A stretch of DNA of 45,727 bases, taken from NCBI GenBank assembly GCA_964470205.1, contig CAYYBA010000001.1:1-45727 (forward strand). The letters run 5' to 3'. Positions 15,952 to 24,929 of the stretch are shown here, in pieces. Below the pieces are notes generated by a model, which did no database searches, was not told the DNA's origin, and saw only the letters and a list, made by a program, of their open reading frames with translations. Each line of letters opens with the position of its first letter. Position 1 is the stretch's first letter. A program made the translations under genes and the position numbers. The stretch is from an uncultured Gammaproteobacteria bacterium. GTDB taxonomy: Bacteria > Cyanobacteriota > Vampirovibrionia > Gastranaerophilales > Gastranaerophilaceae.

Positions 15952-16848
15952 TTATAATTTTACCCAATTTTTTGGCACAATATTTGTTCTGTCTCCCTTT
16001 AAAAACCAAGTTTTAGGCGCTATGATAATTCTGTCAGGGTTTTTGTTCAGCCACGCACCCCACCAGGAAAAAGAGGAATTTGCAATAATGTTGTGTTTGC
16101 AATTTTTCATCAACTCAAGGTCAAAAAAGCCCGTTTGCGGGGTGTTTATATCAACAATAGTGCAGGGGTAGTTAATTTTTAAATTTTCGCGCACCCACTC
16201 TATATCATCTGAAAACAAGAAAAAGTGAGGATTTTCAGTTTTGGATGCCATATATTCAATCGCATTTTTGTAGTACTTAAGAGTGCATAACCCAAAGGTT
16301 TCTTGCAGAACTAAATAGTCTCCGCGGCGCATATGTAAAGAAACCGAATTTGTGTTTTTAATTTTTTCAAGCATTTTAGCGTTTGCGTCATCAAGCGGAG
16401 CTTTTAAAGTGAAAGCCTGCAGAATTTCATCACGGTGTTGTATAAAATATTCCTCATCCTGAAAGTACCCCTCATAATACCTATCGCCTTTAAATTCAAG
16501 CAATTCGGGCTCGTAAAGGTTATCTTCTTTTTCAAAAACTTTATCGGAGAGGACTTTATACTTCTGGATTTTAAACATATGGCGTAAAAACCCTGGCAAA
16601 TAGGAATTTCGCACTTTTATTTCATTTATATGTTTTTGGGCTTCTTCTTGGGATACAAATTTAGGTTTGATGTTGAAATATTCGAGTTCATAAACTCTTT
16701 TCCCCAGAGGGCCTTTATAAGATTTTATTTCTTCAAACCAGGAGGGGTCAAAGAAAACATCTTTCCCCGTGGAGTGCGACAGCGCCACGCCAAAAGCGTA
16801 TTGAAACATTTGGTTACCCAAACCACCCATAAATTTAATTATTAGCAT
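15952..16848 (-). CDS. GT11 family alpha-1,2-fucosyltransferase
   Basis: GGLGNQMFQYAFG, HMRRGDY and SSFSWWGAWL motifs. Confidence 0.85.
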   Translation of the reverse strand: MLIIKFMGGLGNQMFQYAFGVALSHSTGKDVFFDPSWFEEIKSYKGPLGKRVYELEYFNIKPKFVSQEEAQKHINEIKVRNSYLPGFLRHMFKIQKYKVLSDKVFEKEDNLYEPELLEFKGDRYYEGYFQDEEYFIQHRDEILQAFTLKAPLDDANAKMLEKIKNTNSVSLHMRRGDYLVLQETFGLCTLKYYKNAIEYMASKTENPHFFLFSDDIEWVRENLKINYPCTIVDINTPQTGFFDLELMKNCKHNIIANSSFSWWGAWLNKNPDRIIIAPKTWFLKGDRTNIVPKNWVKL

Positions 16849-16910
16849 AATAAGTATTTATATTATAATATAAAAAATAATAATAAAATAATTTTAGCAA
16901 GTGAGGCAAT

Positions 16911-17831
16911 TTGAGAAAAGCTTTAATCCATTTTATAAGTAATTTTATCCCTGTAAAAACCTGGAGAAAAAAGTTCAGAGAAGAATATAAAGAACCTAAA
17001 CCCAAAGCAAAAAAATTCTTATCAACTTATTACAATAACCGCGGTGTTGACGTTATAAGCACTGCGTTTAATTTTCCTGAAATAATTGAATATCAAATAA
17101 AGCTTATTAAAAAAAATCTAAAAGGCAGCTATACTTTTATTGTGTGTGATAATTCTTCTGATAATAAAAAAGCCCAAGAAATTTATAATATCTGCAAATC
17201 TAATAATATTACATATTTCAGAGTAAGAATTCCTAAAATAGATATAGGGTTCTATTCCCATGCAAGGGCTCTTAACTGGATTTATAAAAAAATAATAAGA
17301 AAAAGAAAAAACAGCTTTTTATTAATTGATTGCGACCTGTTTCCCGTTGGGGAATTTAATGTAGATAATTTGTTGCAATATCCTGTCTACGGAGCATACA
17401 GAAAACGTGAGAATACTGAAAATTGGTATATCTGGCCGGGATATAGTTTTTTCAACTATGAGGTTATTAAAAATAAAAAGCTGGATTTTATGCCGCCGCC
17501 TGATTCCGGGGGCAAAAATTACGATATTATTTATAAATATTTTAATAAATCTGAATTAAAATTTCCCGGCTATAAAATGGTTGATATTGTTAATAATCAA
17601 ACAATGCCTGAAATATATTCCGAATGGAGGCATGATTCAATATTAGATATCCCTGAAGATATCAGAGTTTTTTTCAAGGAAGACTTCTATAAATATTGTG
17701 TTGAATATTTAGATGAAGTATGGCTGCATGCAATTTGCGGAACCAACTGGACGTCAACAAACGATAAGAATTCAAAAATATATAAAATGTTAGATGAGCA
17801 TTTAAATTCTATGGAGGATAATTTTTGCTAG
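16911..17831 (+). CDS. GT-A fold glycosyltransferase-like protein
   Basis: TTG start with GTGAGG RBS. FIVCDNSSDN and LLIDCDLFP (DxD) motifs. N-terminal FIPVKTWRKKFRE tail motif. Confidence 0.55.
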   Translation: MRKALIHFISNFIPVKTWRKKFREEYKEPKPKAKKFLSTYYNNRGVDVISTAFNFPEIIEYQIKLIKKNLKGSYTFIVCDNSSDNKKAQEIYNICKSNNITYFRVRIPKIDIGFYSHARALNWIYKKIIRKRKNSFLLIDCDLFPVGEFNVDNLLQYPVYGAYRKRENTENWYIWPGYSFFNYEVIKNKKLDFMPPPDSGGKNYDIIYKYFNKSELKFPGYKMVDIVNNQTMPEIYSEWRHDSILDIPEDIRVFFKEDFYKYCVEYLDEVWLHAICGTNWTSTNDKNSKIYKMLDEHLNSMEDNFC

Positions 17832-17839
17832 TGCGTTTC

Positions 17840-18895
17840 TTATTCTCCGATTTTTCCCTTTAATTCTTTTATTTTTTCCTTTAATCGTGCCCTTTTCTTT
17901 TTAAATGGTGTAGCGGATTTCAATAATTTAAGCAAAAATATTGTTAGGTTGAATTTTAAATAAGAAAACCGATTAAGAGCATCAATTTTTTTATAATTAA
18001 CAGTTTCAAATTGCGGCAAGGTGTAATCTATATCTTTTAAGTCCGCCAGCTCTTTTATAGCGTAAGAACACCATTTTTCGGTATAAAAAGTGTTATACCA
18101 AAATTCTTTTGCGCGAATGCCCATTTCAACCAGTTGTTTTTTTGGTGTTTTTTCAATTGTATCAATTGCTTCTTTCGGCGTTTCAAAATAAAAAGACATT
18201 TCGTCCCAATTTATTAATTTCTTAAAAGGTCTTATGTCAATATCTCCGATATGTACGGGCACTATTCCTAACTGCATTGCTTCAAAAAAGCGAAATGAAC
18301 TGCTGCCGTTTCCACGCGGACAAAGTGCACAGTATGATTGCATGGTTTTTTTAACAAAAAATTCTGCACCCAAATTGCAGTCTCTATAAAAATATTTTTT
18401 GTTACCTTTTATAATTTTAAAAAGTTCAGCACGTACTTTATGTGTCCATTCTCTTCCCACAAAAGAAGCCAGATATTTTTTCCGATATTTTTTAAATATT
18501 TTGTGTTCTGCGCATAAAAGCGGTATATCAATTTCATTGGTTCTTTCTCTTGCGGCTCGAAGAGAAATTATGTATTTTAAATTTTCTAAAGGACTGTGGT
18601 CATGTTGGTAAAGAGTAAATGTTTTTTGTTGATTTAAAGTTACTTGGTTTAATTCTTTTTCTAATTTCTCACTTCCTATTTTTCCATAATCATGCAGAAG
18701 ATGCCAATTTGCCCAAAAAATAGGCAAATAGTGGAAATCAGCTTCGTCAGGGTTATCTGTCAAAATATTTTTTTGATTAATAAGCCAATTGTAAAAAACT
18801 ATTTCAATTCCGCGATAACTACTATGCGGAGGATATTTAAAAAACTGTTTTTTGGGTTGGAATTTTTTATTTACTTGTAATATGTATATTTTCAA
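17840..18895 (-). CDS. exostosin-like (GT47-type) glycosyltransferase
   Basis: CALCPRGNGSSSFRFFEAMQLGIVPVHIGD matches the exostosin C-terminal signature. Confidence 0.7.
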   Translation of the reverse strand: MKIYILQVNKKFQPKKQFFKYPPHSSYRGIEIVFYNWLINQKNILTDNPDEADFHYLPIFWANWHLLHDYGKIGSEKLEKELNQVTLNQQKTFTLYQHDHSPLENLKYIISLRAARERTNEIDIPLLCAEHKIFKKYRKKYLASFVGREWTHKVRAELFKIIKGNKKYFYRDCNLGAEFFVKKTMQSYCALCPRGNGSSSFRFFEAMQLGIVPVHIGDIDIRPFKKLINWDEMSFYFETPKEAIDTIEKTPKKQLVEMGIRAKEFWYNTFYTEKWCSYAIKELADLKDIDYTLPQFETVNYKKIDALNRFSYLKFNLTIFLLKLLKSATPFKKKRARLKEKIKELKGKIGE

Positions 18896-18909
18896 TTTAT
18901 TCCTAATTA

Positions 18910-19614
18910 TTATAGACTAATTTTAACTTTATATTCCCTTAGGCTTTTTCGCCATTTTTTCACCGGGATAAACCAGCATATGATATTTATTATCGGTGAA
19001 AATATTTTTGGTAATTTCTTTTTTCTTTTAAACTTATTTCCTTTGACAAATTCTTTTTCGCAAACATCTAAAGGAAATTCCGTGTAATAGTGCAGGCGTT
19101 CAAAAAAAGTGTTTATATCTTTATCGGGAATTTTTTGCATAATATAGTCAACATGTTTAATTTTATCTGCTCTGATATCATAATTTTCAATATATTCTAC
19201 ATATCTTAAAATACATTCATCAATTTTGCTCGGGACAAAAACATTTTTCTCATTCTTCTGTGCAAATTCCATAACCATTGTAAAAAATCCGTCTTTTAAA
19301 TTTACTTTTTTGTATTTTGGCAAAGAGTTATATAAATCGAATCTAAAATCCAATTTTTCTGCCCCTTCTTCAAAAAAGTCTATTTGTATATGATTTTTGG
19401 TGCAATCAAACACATTAACCCTCCAGCCTTTTTGTATGTAAGGTTGTGCAAAATCTAATATTTTATGTGTGAAAGCAACAATATCATAACAAAAAATATC
19501 TATATCGCTGTATGTGTAATAGTTAGGGTAATCTTCGCTTAATTTTACAACGCAGTATTTCAAATCTATGTCAGAAAAAAATTTTTCTAAATTTATTTTG
19601 TTTGAATAACTCAT
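18910..19614 (-). CDS. hypothetical protein, possibly nucleotidyltransferase-fold
   Basis: YSDIDIFCYD acidic motif. C-terminal FIPVKKWRKSLRE tail. ATGA overlap with the upstream gene. Confidence 0.4.
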   Translation of the reverse strand: MSYSNKINLEKFFSDIDLKYCVVKLSEDYPNYYTYSDIDIFCYDIVAFTHKILDFAQPYIQKGWRVNVFDCTKNHIQIDFFEEGAEKLDFRFDLYNSLPKYKKVNLKDGFFTMVMEFAQKNEKNVFVPSKIDECILRYVEYIENYDIRADKIKHVDYIMQKIPDKDINTFFERLHYYTEFPLDVCEKEFVKGNKFKRKKKLPKIFSPIINIICWFIPVKKWRKSLREYKVKISL

Positions 19615-20534
19615 AAAACCTCCGCTACTATGATATCTTTTTCACCTTTTTTCATTAATACAGCTGCTCTGTGTACTCCATCCATTATAACATATTTATT
19701 TTCTATCAGTTTGACACAAATATAATTAGAGTTGTGCGGGTAATCCAATTCTTGTGCAAGTTTGTTTAATTTGTTAATCGAATAGAAATCTTGCAAAAAA
19801 CTTCCCTGGAAAGCCTTTATATAATTGGCATAATCATCAGCATTGTTTTTTAATGTTTTGTAATGAGGAGTTTCGCCCACAGGAACTGTTTTGCTGCAAA
19901 CAGGTTTGTCATTTATCAGGATATTTGCATATAAATCATTAACAGGAACTTTTTTTATTGAAATTTTTTTAAAATCAGCCAAATGTTCTGGAGCGTTAAT
20001 AATTCTGTTAGAGGTTTTAAGCAAATCTTTGAGCCCGTTTTTGTAGCCTATGTATTTTAAAATATAATCAGTTTGTTTTTGGTTGTCAGAAGCGTGTATA
20101 ACGTGGTTTTCGCTTCTTCTGTCTTCTTTTCTTTCGTTAAATTTGTTTCTAAGCTCTTCTTTAAATTTTTTTACTGTCAGGGATTCAATATGCCTGAAAG
20201 CGTCTTCACTTAAATAATCTTCATTGGGATTGTTATTTTTGAAAAATATAAATAAAACTTTCGGGCTTGTGCTGTAAAGATATTCAATCTTGGCCCTTAG
20301 ATGTTCAATAGGAGCATAATCATAAGAATATACAGCCTCCACCAATTCTGCAATATCTTTTGCTTCATACTCTATAATTTTAAGAATTTCAAAATCTTTA
20401 TGATTTTCTATCATCTTTAATATTTCGTATTTGCAGGGCATTCCGTTGCCCCAGATTAAAATATAATCGTACCTTGGAATTACCAACTCAAGGTTACTAT
20501 TATTTAAATCCGGCAAAACTGATATTTTTTCCAT
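19611..20534 (-). CDS. two-domain protein: unknown N-terminal domain plus C-terminal ParB/sulfiredoxin-like domain
   Basis: C-terminal IMDGVHRAAVL matches the ParB/Srx DGxHR motif. N-terminal domain contains HVIHASDN, weakly reminiscent of NDK HGSD. Confidence 0.5.
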   Translation of the reverse strand: MEKISVLPDLNNSNLELVIPRYDYILIWGNGMPCKYEILKMIENHKDFEILKIIEYEAKDIAELVEAVYSYDYAPIEHLRAKIEYLYSTSPKVLFIFFKNNNPNEDYLSEDAFRHIESLTVKKFKEELRNKFNERKEDRRSENHVIHASDNQKQTDYILKYIGYKNGLKDLLKTSNRIINAPEHLADFKKISIKKVPVNDLYANILINDKPVCSKTVPVGETPHYKTLKNNADDYANYIKAFQGSFLQDFYSINKLNKLAQELDYPHNSNYICVKLIENKYVIMDGVHRAAVLMKKGEKDIIVAEVL

Positions 20535-20535
20535 T

Positions 20536-21420
20536 TCAAACTGCCCTTACCGCATTAATAAAGCCTATTTCCTTATTTGATTCCGAATAATCGCAAAAAC
20601 ACACAAAACCGCTTTGTTGCAATATTTCCAGTATTCTTTTAGGATTTTTAAAGTGCCATTCAATAATAATGACTTGCATTTTTTTTAGAAGATCGGTATC
20701 TTGCAATTCTTCAAAAATTTCAAACTCTGCACCTTCGCAATCCATTTTCAAAAATATTTTCTCTTTTGTTCCTTCTATAACAGGCCTTAAAACGTCAGAC
20801 GCTTTTTTTATAGTTGAAACTTCAATTGAATTTTTCTCCGAAAAAGACAGCAGCCTGTCTTCCATCATAGAGCTTGCTCCTGTCAGATAATTTATATTAT
20901 AGGCTATTTTTACTTCTTTATCTTTATCCCCGAGCCCGATATTATAAGCTTCTATTTTTTTTGCCAATTGCGGGTTTAGCTTTAAGTTATTGCAGGCAAC
21001 CTCAAAAGTAGGTTTTAAGGGTTCATAAGCGTATATTTTTTTCACTTCTTTTTTTTGAGCAAACTTTAGTGCGGTTACACCCATATTAAAGCCGATATCA
21101 ATCATTATATAACTGTCAAAAGGCATTATAAAATCGTAAGGATTTTTAAAAAATACTTCATGCACCGTATTTAAGGTTTGGGTAAAAGGCCCTTGAAAGT
21201 GTATTCCATTGTATTTTATATCCGCAAAACCGTTATATAATTTTTCAATTGGCGTGTCAAAAATCTTTTTATACCATTTTAATCTTTGACGGCTTATTTC
21301 ATTTTGTATAAATTTTTCTCTGTTTAGCTTTCGATAAATAGGGGAAGATTCCAGAAGAACCATTATTTTTTTCTTCCCTCTTATTTTATCTATAATTTTT
21401 TGTCCAAATTCAAATTGCAT
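20536..21420 (-). CDS. FkbM family methyltransferase
   Basis: MIDIGFNMGVTAL SAM-binding motif and LKMDCEGAEFEIF. Start placed at ATG 21420 to avoid a 62-nt overlap. Confidence 0.75.
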   Translation of the reverse strand: MQFEFGQKIIDKIRGKKKIMVLLESSPIYRKLNREKFIQNEISRQRLKWYKKIFDTPIEKLYNGFADIKYNGIHFQGPFTQTLNTVHEVFFKNPYDFIMPFDSYIMIDIGFNMGVTALKFAQKKEVKKIYAYEPLKPTFEVACNNLKLNPQLAKKIEAYNIGLGDKDKEVKIAYNINYLTGASSMMEDRLLSFSEKNSIEVSTIKKASDVLRPVIEGTKEKIFLKMDCEGAEFEIFEELQDTDLLKKMQVIIIEWHFKNPKRILEILQQSGFVCFCDYSESNKEIGFINAVRAV

Positions 21421-21436
21421 TTTATTCCCCCAAAAT

Positions 21437-22096
21437 TTATTTTTGTATAACAACAGTAAAACCGTTGCCCACTTTATCATCAATATCTTGATATTCAACT
21501 ACGTTTAAATTCATATACCTGCACAGTTCCAAAAAATCTTGTGTAATCCAAACACTGTGGTGAGCATCAATTTTAGGATTTTTTGTTATGCCCGCATGTC
21601 TTATAATAAGTTCTTTTAAAGTTGTTCTATCTCTTGTTTTATCACCCGTCCTTTCCTTATGAGGCACAATCATAAACAAATACCCGCCCGGTTTAATAAC
21701 CCTAACCCACTCTTGAATTGCTTTTATGGGGTCGAAAAAGTGTTCAATTACATGAGAATTTATTACAAAATCCCACACGTTATCCTTAAACGGCAGGTTA
21801 TCCCCGCTTGCAACTATATCAACTTTCATAGGCTTTAGCCCGAAATCATTTTGAGATGATTTGCTGTAGCCTGTTTCGCAATTCGTATAATCTATATTTA
21901 AGGTATTGAGGTTAAAATCATTATGGCTTGAGCCTCCTATTTCAATTCCGCGAAGCCCTTTTAAATATTTGTTTGCCAGTTTGCTTTCAGGGAATATCGG
22001 ATGAAATTTTTTCGGCCTAAAGCTTAATATTTTTATACCGCAAAAAAGAACATGAGCTCTGCCGGTTTCGGTCATTTCTTTTTGTAGTATTTTCAT
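21437..22096 (-). CDS. class I SAM-dependent methyltransferase
   Basis: GIEIGG...DFVINSHVIEHFFDPIKAIQEWVRVIKPGGYLFMIVP (Methyltransf_11-like). Confidence 0.8.
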   Translation of the reverse strand: MKILQKEMTETGRAHVLFCGIKILSFRPKKFHPIFPESKLANKYLKGLRGIEIGGSSHNDFNLNTLNIDYTNCETGYSKSSQNDFGLKPMKVDIVASGDNLPFKDNVWDFVINSHVIEHFFDPIKAIQEWVRVIKPGGYLFMIVPHKERTGDKTRDRTTLKELIIRHAGITKNPKIDAHHSVWITQDFLELCRYMNLNVVEYQDIDDKVGNGFTVVIQK

Positions 22097-22935
22097 TGTT
22101 CCTTCTTTCTGATTAAAATTTTAATTCCTAAAATTCTCATAATCTTTAAATTTTCTTCATTTACGATAGAAAAAATTTGCTGTAAAAACGTCAGTTTTGT
22201 GTGTGCTCCATGCAAAATGGAGTTCATAATCTCTTTTTGCAATTTTTTATCATCACATAAAAAATCGAACATATTTTGGCGTGTTATTTTATTTTGCTCT
22301 TCAATTGCATTTTTTTCTTTTATGCTTGTATTTTCACCAAACCACCTGTATTTGAGCAAGATTTCGGGCAAATTATAAAATTTTAAATATCTTATTGCTC
22401 TTGACCAAAGTTCGTAGTCTTCGGCTCCCTTGCAGTTTTCGTTGTAGTTCAAATCGTATTTTTCAAAATCTTTTTTTCTTAGCATAACTGTTGGGTGGCC
22501 AATAAAGCAGCCCCTTAAAATATCCAAATATTTAGGGGTTTTGGGGTGTTTTATTATTTTTGTTTCGGGAAAAAATTCAAACCAAGTTCCTAAAATAGAT
22601 ATTTCAGGGTTTTCATCCAAAAATTTAACCTGTTTTTGAAACCTTTCGGGAAGTGAAATATCATCGCTGTCCATAACTGCCACATATTCACCTTGTGCCT
22701 TTTTCAATAATTTACTTCTTGTTTTTGCTAACCCTAATTTTTTTTCATTTTTAATATATTTTATTCTTTTGTCGCTGTGAGCCAAAATCATATTTTTTGC
22801 CGTGTCTTGTGTAGAATCATCCATAATCAGAAATTCAAAATCACTGTAGGTTTGATTTAAAATGCTCTCAATCGCTTCTCTTAAATATTCTTCTTTTGTA
22901 TTATAAACAGGCATTACAACTGAAATTTTAGGCAT
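22093..22935 (-). CDS. GT2 family glycosyltransferase
   Basis: ISVVMPVYNTKEEYLREAIESILNQTYSDFEFLIMDDSTQD and MDSDD motifs. Confidence 0.9.
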   Translation of the reverse strand: MPKISVVMPVYNTKEEYLREAIESILNQTYSDFEFLIMDDSTQDTAKNMILAHSDKRIKYIKNEKKLGLAKTRSKLLKKAQGEYVAVMDSDDISLPERFQKQVKFLDENPEISILGTWFEFFPETKIIKHPKTPKYLDILRGCFIGHPTVMLRKKDFEKYDLNYNENCKGAEDYELWSRAIRYLKFYNLPEILLKYRWFGENTSIKEKNAIEEQNKITRQNMFDFLCDDKKLQKEIMNSILHGAHTKLTFLQQIFSIVNEENLKIMRILGIKILIRKKEQ

Positions 22936-24907
22936 TTAGCTCCTCCGGTATATGAAAAGTATTTTCTACCTTTCTGATTAAATTTCCTTCAAAATAAGAG
23001 AAATCAGGCAAATTGTTTTTATTTTTTTCAAAATCAAAATTCGAAATGTCTTTTTGTAATTCCTTAACCCTTTTTTGAATTTCTTCATTTGAGCTCATAA
23101 TGCTTGAATTTAAATATTTCTTATACAAATCTTTTCTAATACTTGACATATGGTGCATTGCAATTTCATGTTTCGGGAATAGATAAAACTTGCCTTTGCC
23201 GTTCAAAGTTCTTGTCGGGTCTGTAAGACAAGGGAAAAATTCTTTACCGTGAGATTGTTTGTGCCATTTAATTTTCATAATAAACGGAACATAAAAAGTG
23301 TATAGTTCCTTACTATCAGGAGAAAAAGTATAGCCGCTTACAATTTGCCTTGAGGGCTTTTTTATGTATTCTATGATAGAAACCGCACTGCATTCTATAT
23401 TATTTATTTTTACAAATTCTTTAGCATAAGCAAGCTGGCTTGCATTGTAAAATTCATCTGTATCTAAACTCGCAAAATGCGTGCAGCCTCTTTTTTTAGC
23501 TAATTTGAGCCCTATATTTCTTTTGTTTTTTTCATTTCTATGCGGTGTATTATCTAAATTAGGTTCATAGAGATATATTTCATCCACTAAACCTTTTTTT
23601 ATCAAACTTTCCAAAAAAGCCTTTAAATCGGTTTCTGATTTGTTGCCGTAATTTGAGATATTTTGATAAATAACATTTATATAATCAACTTGGGAACGTA
23701 TTGATTTTATTGAAGCTTCTAAAAGTTCTTCACCGTCAAAAAGGTTATATGAAACACCAAGTTTAAAGGGTTTTGTTATTCTTTTGCCAAATAAATAAAT
23801 TGCATTTTCCGCTAAATGTATTTTTATTATTTTTCTTCTGATATGTTTTAGTACCAGAAAAATTTCTTTTAAGATATCTGATGCTTTTCTGTTTCTTTTT
23901 AAATCTTTTTTTATTAAATTAATGTCAAAATCCGTATATTTTTTTAAAACTTTCTTCCAGTCCATAGCTGTTGTAAATTCTGTATTTCTAAATCTTGGCA
24001 GACTTGTTTTAAGGAAGGGGGATTTATCTTCTTTTATCAGCTTTCTCCAAAGTCTAATGTGCAATCCGTATGATTCGCCCTTGTATTCCTTACAATAAGA
24101 AGCATATTTAAAACCTTCTTGTTCAAGCAATTTTGTAAGTTTCAGTTCATAATTTTGAATTATATCTTTTTTGGATTTTGCTCCGTTAATGTTTTGTGCA
24201 AAATTATTAAAAACTTCCGAATTAAAAACTTTAGAATTAAACACATAAAAATAACTTTGAACATGTCTTACGCATTCATCACTTATCGTATTTCCCCAAA
24301 AATCAGCCTGTTTTTTGCCCATTGCCTCAAACATATTTTTAAAAGGAAAAAGCGGCGCATAGCAGCTGTCATTTGCAAAAATGAGTTCATCACAGTTTTT
24401 TAATAAGCCGTTTTCTTTTGCATATAAAAATCCTATTTTATAAGAACCAAAATCATACTTGCCATGCTTTTGCGCTATTGCAACATCCGCAATTCCGTTC
24501 AATTTTTCCAGTTCTTCTTTTTTTACATCACAGTCTGATACAAAAATTATTTTCTGCGCAACATTTTTTAAACTTTTTAAATAGTAAATAACATAATCTT
24601 CCAACAGGCAATCTTTATCCCAGTGGGCAAAAATGGCTACCCTGTTTTTATTTATTTCTTTTTTAGCTTTTTGTTCTTCTATTTTCTTAAAATTGTAGCT
24701 TTTGTTGAATAAAGTAATTTCCCCGGTTTTGAAATGAATGCTTATAATTTTTTTTCTGAAATATTTGAGACATTTAAAAAAATGCTTTATTGCATTTATC
24801 GGGGAATTCTTCTTGTTTAAATATAAAAAATCTATAATCTTATGCTTGAATTCTGAAATTTCACAGTTTTTTGCATTAATAAAGTTTATGTAACTTTTTT
24901 TATGCAT
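22928..24907 (-). CDS. two-module glycosyltransferase: RgpF (rhamnan synthesis F)-like domain plus GT-A domain
   Basis: VAIFAHWDKD...DFGSYK...NDSCYAP...DFWGN...QSYFYVF (RgpF-like). C-terminal SYNLFDGEELL...SLDTDEFY (DxD). ATG 24907 preferred over 24946. Confidence 0.7.
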   Translation of the reverse strand: MHKKSYINFINAKNCEISEFKHKIIDFLYLNKKNSPINAIKHFFKCLKYFRKKIISIHFKTGEITLFNKSYNFKKIEEQKAKKEINKNRVAIFAHWDKDCLLEDYVIYYLKSLKNVAQKIIFVSDCDVKKEELEKLNGIADVAIAQKHGKYDFGSYKIGFLYAKENGLLKNCDELIFANDSCYAPLFPFKNMFEAMGKKQADFWGNTISDECVRHVQSYFYVFNSKVFNSEVFNNFAQNINGAKSKKDIIQNYELKLTKLLEQEGFKYASYCKEYKGESYGLHIRLWRKLIKEDKSPFLKTSLPRFRNTEFTTAMDWKKVLKKYTDFDINLIKKDLKRNRKASDILKEIFLVLKHIRRKIIKIHLAENAIYLFGKRITKPFKLGVSYNLFDGEELLEASIKSIRSQVDYINVIYQNISNYGNKSETDLKAFLESLIKKGLVDEIYLYEPNLDNTPHRNEKNKRNIGLKLAKKRGCTHFASLDTDEFYNASQLAYAKEFVKINNIECSAVSIIEYIKKPSRQIVSGYTFSPDSKELYTFYVPFIMKIKWHKQSHGKEFFPCLTDPTRTLNGKGKFYLFPKHEIAMHHMSSIRKDLYKKYLNSSIMSSNEEIQKRVKELQKDISNFDFEKNKNNLPDFSYFEGNLIRKVENTFHIPEELNA

Positions 24908-24929
24908 TCTCCATCTTACAGATTTTTTA

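Noticed and set aside
24210-24239. Imperfect 15-nt tandem duplication (aaaacttccgaatta / aaaactttagaatta) encoding FNSKV/FNSEV in the RgpF-like gene
   Set aside because: There are only two imperfect in-frame units inside a coding region, which is too small to treat as a variable repeat or contingency locus.
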